The translations under genes were made by a program, and so were the position numbers. This document shows positions 35,717 to 42,862 of a stretch of 42,862 nucleotides of DNA, piece by piece. This DNA comes from Chiloscyllium plagiosum (taxonomy: Eukaryota): contig NC_057719.1 of assembly GCF_004010195.1 (NCBI RefSeq), forward strand, positions 3,720,152 through 3,763,013, given 5' to 3'. Each line of letters opens with the position of its first letter. Position 1 is the first letter of the stretch. The notes under the pieces are model-generated. The model saw only the letters and a program-made list of their open reading frames with translations, searched no databases and was not told the origin of the DNA.

Positions 35717-35843
35717 CCAATGTGGAGCCACAGAAAGTTGCTTCCAGGGTGTAACTGTTGGTGACTCCCATCCTCCACACCACCACACGTCCTGTTCCTT
35801 CCTTAGCCCGCTTCACATGGAATTTACAACTTTGAAAACAAAA
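35717..35843 (-). CDS. AGBL3: Cytosolic carboxypeptidase (M14D, CCP3/AGBL3-like) exon containing the catalytic Glu
   Basis: 127-nt exon, acceptor ccccttttcattccag, donor G|gtaaga. Translates [42 protein letters not shown](G), matching the recalled CCP2/CCP3 motif [29 protein letters not shown] favours AGBL3 over AGBL2 (ESTFGG). The upstream exon lies beyond the window. Confidence 0.93.
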
Positions 35844-36139
35844 CTGGAATGAAAAGGGGAGTCAGTGGGCAAAAGTCACAATCATACTCACTTGTCACTG
35901 GCAGAGAGAAACATCTAACTGCTCAAAGAAGTTGACACCTTTTAGCATCATTCTGAAACATGTTATTTATCTCAATTACTGCCCATCTTCAAATAAGCAA
36001 TGAAATAAAATAAGTGCAGAAATGATTCATTCAGTCCTTCGAGCCTGTTCTGCCATTCAATGTAATCATTGCTGATCCTTTAGCTCAATGCCACATTCCT
36101 GCTTTCATCCCATACGCTGATGCCTTTAAAATCTAAAAA

Positions 36140-37705
36140 TTGCCTGGACCAGATGGGCTACACTCTAGAGTTCTGAAGAACCTAACTGAAGATATAGTGG
36201 TAGCTTTAGTTGTGATCTTTCAGGGATCACTGGAGTCACAGAGAGTCCCAAAGGGCTGGAAAATCACTAACTCCCTGTTTAAGAAGGGAGCAAGGCAAAA
36301 GACAGGAAATGATAGGCCGATTAGCCTGACCTCAGATTTGGTAAGATTTTGAAGTCCATTGTGGAGGTTGAGATTTCTGAATACTTGGAAGTGCATTGTA
36401 AGATATGGTAAAGTCAGCATGGTTTCATCAAAGGGAGGTCAAGCCTGACAAATCTGTTAGAATTCTTTGAGGAGGCAACAAGCAGGTTAGATCCAGGAAA
36501 GCCAATGGATGTTATCTACTTGGACTTCAAGAAGGCTTTTGTATTGCACAGGAGGCTGCTGAGTAAGATAAGGGCCCATGGTGTTAGAGGTATGGAGAGA
36601 AGCTTGGCTGTCTGGCAGAAAGCAGAGAATGGGGATTAAAGGTCCCTTCTCAGGATGGCAGCCGGTGACAAGTGGTGTTCCTCAACGCTCAGTGTTAGGA
36701 CCACAACTTTTCACTTTATACATTAATGATCTGGATGAAGGAACTGAGGGCATTCTGGCTAAGTTTACAGATGATACAAAGATCAGTGGAGGGACAGGTA
36801 GTATTGAGGAGGCAGGAAGGCTGCAAAAGGATTTAGACAGGTTAGGAGAGTGGGCAAAGAAGAGGTAGATGAAATACAATGTTGGAAAGTGGGAGGTTGT
36901 GTACTTTGGTTGGAAGAATAGAGGCATGGACTAGTTTCTAAAAGGGGAGAAAATTCAGAAATTGGAAGTGCAAAGGGACTTGGGAGTCCTAGTCTAGGTT
37001 TCTCAAAAGGTAAACTTGCAGTTGAGTCAGTACTTAGGAAGGCAAATACAACATTATTATTCATCTCAAAAGGACTAGAATATAAAACCAGGGGTCCCTC
37101 TGATGTTTTGTAAGGCTTTGGTCAGACCATGTTTAGTATATTGTGAGCAATTTTGTGCTCCATACCTCAGGAAAGATGTATTGGCCCTGGAACAGGTCTC
37201 GAGGAGGTTCATGAGAATGATCCTTGGATGATCCCTTCCTGATGAAGGGCTTATGCCTGAAACATTGATTCTCCTGCTCCTCAGATGCTGCCTGACCTGC
37301 TGTGCTTTTCCAGCACCACAGTCTCGATTCTGATCTCAGGAATTAAAGGTTTAAGGAACATTTGAGGACTTTGGGACTATACTTGATAGAGTTTAGAAGG
37401 ATGACGGGAGATTTAATTGACATTTTCAGAATACTGAACAGCCTGGACAGAGTGGACGTTGGGAAGTTGTTTCCATTAGCAGGAGAGACTAGGATCTGTG
37501 GGCACAGCTTTAGAGTAAAGGGAAAACCTTTTAGAAAGGAAATAAGGAGAAATGGTTTTTAGCCAGAGAGTGGTGAATCTGTGGAATCTATTTCCACAGG
37601 AGGCTGTGAAGGCCAGGTCATCAAGTAGATTTAAAACAGAGAAAGATAAGTTCTTAACTGCCGAGGGCAAACGTTACAGGAAGAAAGTGGGAAAATGGGG
37701 TTTTC
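36140..37705 (+). mobile_element. CR1 LINE, same subfamily as 18030-21357, with a solo pLTR at ~37237-37336
   Basis: PGPDGLHSRVLK, SGVPQRSVLGPQLF, AKFTDDTK, RRMTGDLID; the pLTR begins ttcCTGATGA at 37239. Confidence 0.92.
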
Positions 37706-38520
37706 ATAGTTTCATAGTAATAGAGGCAGGGATAGGCCATTTGGCCTGTTGAGCCTGCACTGCCACTAATTAAGGTCATGGTTGATATATCCATCATCCC
37801 AGCTCCTCCGACCTGCATTATCCCCATAACCCTTAATTTCCCTACTATGCAACAACCCATCCAACTGGGTCTTGAATATATTTAATGAAGCTGCCTCTAC
37901 TGCTTCCCTGGGCAGAGAATTCCATGGATTCACTACTCTCTGCAAAAGCAATTCCTCCTTATCTCTATCCTAAATCTACTTTCCCTAATCTTGAGGCCAT
38001 GTACTCTAGTCCTAGTCTCACCCACCTGCAGAAACAGCTTTTCTGCCTCAATCTTATTTATCCCTTTCATAACTTTATAAGTTTCTATAAGATCCCCTCT
38101 CAATCTTCTAAATTCTAGTGAGTACAGTCCCAAGCGGCTCAACCTGTCCTCAGAGGGTAACCCCTTCACCTCCGAAATCAACCTCTGCGCTCTGGTGACC
38201 CTCCTCTGCACTGCCTCCAAAGCCAGTGTATCCTTCCTCAAGTAAGGAGACCAGGACTGTGCACAATACTCCAGGTGCGGCCTCACCAATGCCTTGTACA
38301 ATTGCAGCAGAATTTCCCTGCTCTTAACTCCAATCCCTCCAGCAATGAAAGCCAATATTCCACTTGCCTTCCTGATTACCTGTGGCACCTCCAAATCAAC
38401 TTTTAGCGATGCTTGTATGAGCACTCCTAAGTCCCTCTGTACAATAGCACGCTGCAATCTTTCACCATTTCAATAATACTCTGATCTATTATTTTTAAAA
38501 AGTGAATAACGTCACAATTA
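37706..38520 (-). mobile_element. CR1 LINE 3' part, tail-to-tail with the previous copy
   Basis: QRDLGVLIQASLK...RPHLEYCAQSWSP...RRLRGDLIETYK; (ctatgaaa)n tail at ~37703-37718. Confidence 0.92.
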
Positions 38521-38783
38521 CCAAAACCTATCAGCCATGATTGAATGGCAGAGCAGACTTGATGGCCGAAATGGCCTAATTTCTGCTCCAATGTCTTATG
38601 GTCTTTCTTGAGTATATTCAGTAACTTGACCTCCACACCCTTCCATATGTCCTCTACCTTGTGTGTGAAGAAATTTTTCCCTATCTCAGTCTTAAATGGT
38701 CTACCCATACCCTGAAACTGTGATCCCTGGTTCTAGATTCCCCAGGCAGGGGAAACATCCTCTCTATATCTGCTCTGTCCAGC

Positions 38784-39059
38784 TGTGATGATACTATGGT
38801 TTTAAGCCGTGCATTTTATATTATTTTGTTAAGCATTTCAATAGAGTTCACTTAAACCAATTATTTTCTTTTATTTTTATTTTGTCTGTATTTTAACTGT
38901 CGCGTAAAACTAAAGTGTGTTTTGCTTAAAGTCGAGTAGTTTGACCAATTGAATTGCATCTGCAATGCAATGTCTTACATTTATCTTTAAAATAAGAAAA
39001 AGTTAGGTTCTAGGCTATGTTCTTAATATATTTTGAGGGGTTTGGTCTGATCCATAACA
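38784..39059 (+). mobile_element. Internally deleted solo LTR inside an older minus-strand CR1 (~38580-39420)
   Basis: TGTGA...TAACA termini resembling the reverse complement of 8855-9455; TSD-like cagc/cagt. Confidence 0.65.
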
Positions 39060-39577
39060 CAGTCTTGTTTGAATTTTATTCAATGAAATCTGATTCTATC
39101 TCATCCTTCAAAATTCTAGTGAATGTAACAGAGTCAAACCAATCTCTCTTCATAAGACAGCCCTACCAGCCCTGGTAGCAGTGAGTGAGCCTCCACTGCA
39201 CTCCCTCTATGTTAAGTATAACCTTTTTTAGGTAAGGAGACAAAAACTGCACACAATACCCCAGGTGTGAGCTCACCATGGTCCTTGATAACTGCAGGAA
39301 GACATCCATGTTTCTGAGTACAAATCCTCATGCAATTAAGGCCAGTATATCTTTGGTTTTGCTAATGACTTGCTGCACCTGCCTGTCTACCTTCACTGAC
39401 TGGTGTACAAGAACACCCACATCCCAGAATAGGCTCAAGGAGCTGAATGGTTTTACTGACATTCTTAATCTGCCATGAGCAGATTTTGTAAGTTATAGAA
39501 TCTTAGAGCACAACAGGAAGCCTGTTCTTTTGATCATAGGGTCTGGCAATGACCAACTAAACCAGCATTTATTACCA

Positions 39578-39686
39578 ATTGTGAAGAAAAATCAGAGTTA
39601 ACGTTTCGGGTCCGGTGACCCTTCCTCAGAACTGATGGTAACTGGGAAAGGTGGGTTTTCATGCAGAAGATAGGGTGGCGGGGGGG

Positions 39687-39726
<40 letters not shown>

Positions 39727-41220
39727 AGTCTGCTTTGCCATTCAGTAATGGCTGAAAAACAGTTGGACAAACAAAGGAGTGGACAACGATCTGGCCGGGA
39801 GGATGAATAGCTGTTAATGGAGACTGTCAGTGACTAACAAAGGGTTGTGCATAACTATGTGATTACAAGGCCTGGTGTATAGTGGTGTATAGTGGTGGCA
39901 GGGGTGATCGATTGGCTCGGACATAGGAGAGTTCAAGCTCTAAAGTTGTTGAAATCAATATTAAGTCCCAAAAGCTAAAGGGTCCCCAAGCGGAACACCA
40001 GGTATTGTTCTTCCAGCTGACACTGAGCTTTGCTGGAGCACTGAGGCAGAGATATTGGCCGGGGTCAGGGTGGTGTGTTGTGGCACGTGACTGGAAACTC
40101 AGCATCATTTTCGCAGGCAGAATGTGATGTTCCAGTGTAGAGGAGATCACATTGTGAGCAGTGAATGCAGTAGACTATATAGTGTGAATGCAGGTAAAGC
40201 ATCACTTCACCTGAAAAGTATATTTGGGCCCTTGAGGAGGGAGGAGGTAAATGGGCAAGTGTTACGCCTTCGGTGATTGCAGGGGAAGGTGTCGTGGGGA
40301 TGTGGGGGCTGTTGGGAGTGAAGGGAATAGTCCCTACAGAAGGCAGACAAGGGAGGAGAGGGGAATGTGTGTCTGGTAGTGGCATCTTTTTGGAGGTAGC
40401 GGAAATGGCAACTAATGATTTTCTGGATGTGGATGCTTGGTGGGATGGTAGATAAGGACAAGGGGAAGAGAGGGGCTGAGGCCGAAGTTCCAGAGCTGGA
40501 GCAAACAGTTGGGATCTAGTCTGCTGCATTCACTGCTCACAATGTGATCTCCTCTATATTGGGGAAACAAAGCGTCGAACACCTCCATTCTGGCTGCAAA
40601 AATTACACTGAGTTCCCAGTCGCCTGCCACTTCAAAACACCACCCTGATCCCTGGTCAATATCTCTGTCTCAGGCTTGCTGCAGTGCTCCAGTTTAGCTT
40701 AGCATAAGCTGGAAGAACACCTCATTTTCTGGTTGGAGACCCTGCAGCCTTCGGGACTTAACATTGATTTCAATAACTTTCGAGGTTGAACTGTCAACTG
40801 TCCTAGCCAACTGATCCCACCCTCCCACCCCCAACCACCACCACTAACACACACCAGGCCTTGTAATCACATAGTTACACACAACCCATAGTTAGTCACT
40901 AACAGTCCCCATTAACAGTTATTCACCCTGGCTACCTTTGCCTGCCCAACTGTTTTTCTCTCTCTTTGAGCTCTATCCCCACTTACTGTTTACTCCTTAT
41001 TAATCCCACCACCACCACCCCCCACCCCCACCAGCCCCCAGCTTCTATCTAAAACCCACATTTTCCGAGCAACCATCAATTCAGAGGAATGGTCAACAGA
41101 CCTGAAACTCTATTAACTCTGATTCTCTTCACAGAAGCTGCCAGACCCGCAGTGCTTTTCCAGCAATATTTGGTTGTGTTTCTAATTTACAGCATCCACA
41201 GCTCTTTCGGTTTTCATTTA
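39578..41220. mobile_element. Two head-to-head Penelope-like 3' fragments (minus ~39578-40460; plus ~40520-41220)
   Basis: GIY-YIG relics IVYCIHCSQCDLLYTG(T) on minus and CIHCSQCDLLYIGET on plus; pLTRs at both outer ends. Confidence 0.82.
39600..39629 (-). ncRNA. Minimal hammerhead ribozyme motif, fourth family
   Basis: agtt-CTGAGGA-A-GGGTC-ACCG-GACCC-GAAA-CG-TT-aact; the flanks AGTT/AACT can form a 4-bp stem I. Confidence 0.75.
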
Positions 41221-41367
41221 ATACAAATCCCAAATTATGAATTAAGACTCAAACACATTGCTGCAAGTCACATGTCGGTCACATCAGGTAAGGACAGCAG
41301 ATTTTGTTTCTTAAAGGGCATTAGTGACCCAGGTGAGATTTTTACAATAGTCAACAGTGGTTTCATT

Positions 41368-41612
41368 AGGTAAAAACAATGACTGCAGATGCTGGAAACC
41401 AGACTCTGGAGTGGAGTGGTGCTGGAAAAGCACAGCAGTTCAGGCAGCATCCGAGGAGCAGTAAAATCAACATTTCAGGCAAAAGCCCTTCATCAGGAAT
41501 ATAGGCAGAGTGCCTGAAGGGTGGAGAGATAAATGAGAGGAGAGTGGGGATGGGGAGAAAGTAGCATAGAGTACAATAGGTGAGTGGGGGTGGGGATGGA
41601 GGTGATAGGTCA
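41368..41612 (-). mobile_element. PLE pLTR / 3' UTR fragment
   Basis: Same family as 29777 and 42720; CpG-decayed hammerhead at 41469-41496. Confidence 0.82.
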
Positions 41613-41619
41613 TATTCAT

Positions 41620-42418
41620 TTTCGTCATTTATATAAATGATTTGGATTTGAACATAGGATGTATAGTTAATAAGTTTGCAGATGACACCAAAATTGGAGG
41701 TGTAATGGACATCAAAGAAGGTTACCTCAGAGTACAACTGGATCTTGATCAGATGGGCCAATGGACTGAGAAGTGGCAAATGGAGTTTAATTTAGATAAA
41801 TGTGAGATGTTGCATTTTGGAACGGCAAATCAGAACAAGACTTATACACTTAGTGGTAAGACCCTGGGGAGTGTTGCTAAACAAAGACGCCTGGAGTGCA
41901 GGTTCATAGTTCCTTGAAAGTGGAATCTCAGGTACATAGGATATTGGAGAAGCCATTTAGTATGCTTTCCTTTAGTGGTCAGAGCAATGAGTATAGGAGT
42001 TGGGAGGTCATGTTGCGGCAAGGAGGACATTGGAATATTGTGTGCAATTCTGGTCTCCCTCCTATTGGAAGGATGTTGTGAAACTTGAAAGGGTTCAGAA
42101 AAGATTTACAAGGATATGCAAGGGTTGGAGGGTTTGAGGTATAGGGAGAGTTTGAATCGGCTGGGGATGTTTTCCCTGGAGCGTTGGAGGCTGAGGAGTG
42201 ACCTTATAGAGTTTTATAAAATCACAGAATTTATGATTAGGATGAACAGACAAGGTCTTTTCCATTGGTTGGGGGAGTCCAGAACTAGACGGCATAGGTT
42301 TAGGGTCAGAGGGGAAATATATAAAAGGGACCTAAGGGGCAACTTGTTCACGCAGAGGGTGGTATGTGTATGGAATGAGCTGCCAGAGGAAGTGGTGGAG
42401 GCTGGTAGAATTACAGCA
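41620..42418 (+). mobile_element. CR1 LINE fragment
   Basis: NKFADDTKIGG, EKWQMEFNLDKCE, FTQRVVCVWNELP. Confidence 0.92.
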
Positions 42419-42719
42419 TCTTTGCAGACTTGATCTTTATTGGGTATATTATCTTTTATCTCAATTTTAGAAATTTCTGCGCAACTACTGAAAGAAATTA
42501 ATTAGATTTTGAGGGAGAGTTCATCAAGGCGTGGAGCTAATCTGATAGTTCTTTCAAAGACCAAGCCCGGATACAATGGGATGGATGGAGTGGAGGTGGT
42601 GTAATGGTAACGTTCACCTGGGCTATTAATCCAGAGCCCGAGGTTAATGTTCTAAGAACATGGGCTTGAATCCTGCCATGACCTATACCATGGTGGTGTA
42701 TGGGTTAATGTAACCACTG

Positions 42720-42862
42720 TTCTGGAGTAGAGTAGTGCTGGAAAAGCACAGCAAGTCAGGCAGCATCCAAGGAGCAGTAAAATCGACGTTTCGGGCAAAA
42801 GCCCTTCATCAGGAATAGAGGCAGAGAGCCTGAAGGGTGGAGAGATAAATGAGAGGAGGGTG
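42720..42862 (-). mobile_element. PLE pLTR running off the window, with an intact hammerhead at 42785-42812
   Basis: Minus strand reads CTGATGA-A-GGGC-TTTT-GCCC-GAAA-CG-TC. Confidence 0.85.

Noticed and set aside
35880..35915. Minus-strand ...MFLSASDK followed by tgagt, resembling the end of the preceding CCP exon
   Set aside because: In-frame stop just upstream, no HGHS/MYGC motifs, wrong donor phase and an implausibly short intron.
39678..39724. Poly-G tract with G-quadruplex potential (also poly-C at 25743-25767)
   Set aside because: Expanded homopolymers inside repeats; length is unreliable and there is no evidence of function.

Overview
Repeat-dense vertebrate genomic DNA, most likely from a shark (inferred from V-SINE/HE1-type SINEs, many CR1 LINEs and Penelope-like elements). 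It has three assembly gaps (7005-7069, 19492-19936, 26463-26849). The minus strand carries the 3' half of a cytosolic carboxypeptidase gene, best matching AGBL3/CCP3 (AGBL2 is the alternative). Five exons (35843 to 22380) splice in frame and include the catalytic-Glu motif SYTLEATF; several weaker candidate exons lie downstream. The introns contain CR1 fragments, a second LINE family, SINEs, solo LTRs and Neptune-like Penelope (PLE) fragments. The most striking signal is about 20 minimal hammerhead-ribozyme motifs (CTGANGA-A-stem II-GAAA-CG/GC-TH) from at least four covarying PLE families. Many sit in 110-500 bp insertions with 10-16 bp target-site duplications (TSDs) that begin at, or fold back around, the ribozyme core. 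Two of these fold-backs also contain inverted copies of the neighbouring host DNA. Hammerheads in PLEs are established; the ribozyme-anchored, flank-copying fold-back architecture is the part most worth following up. Repeat boundaries were read by eye and are approximate unless TSDs are given.
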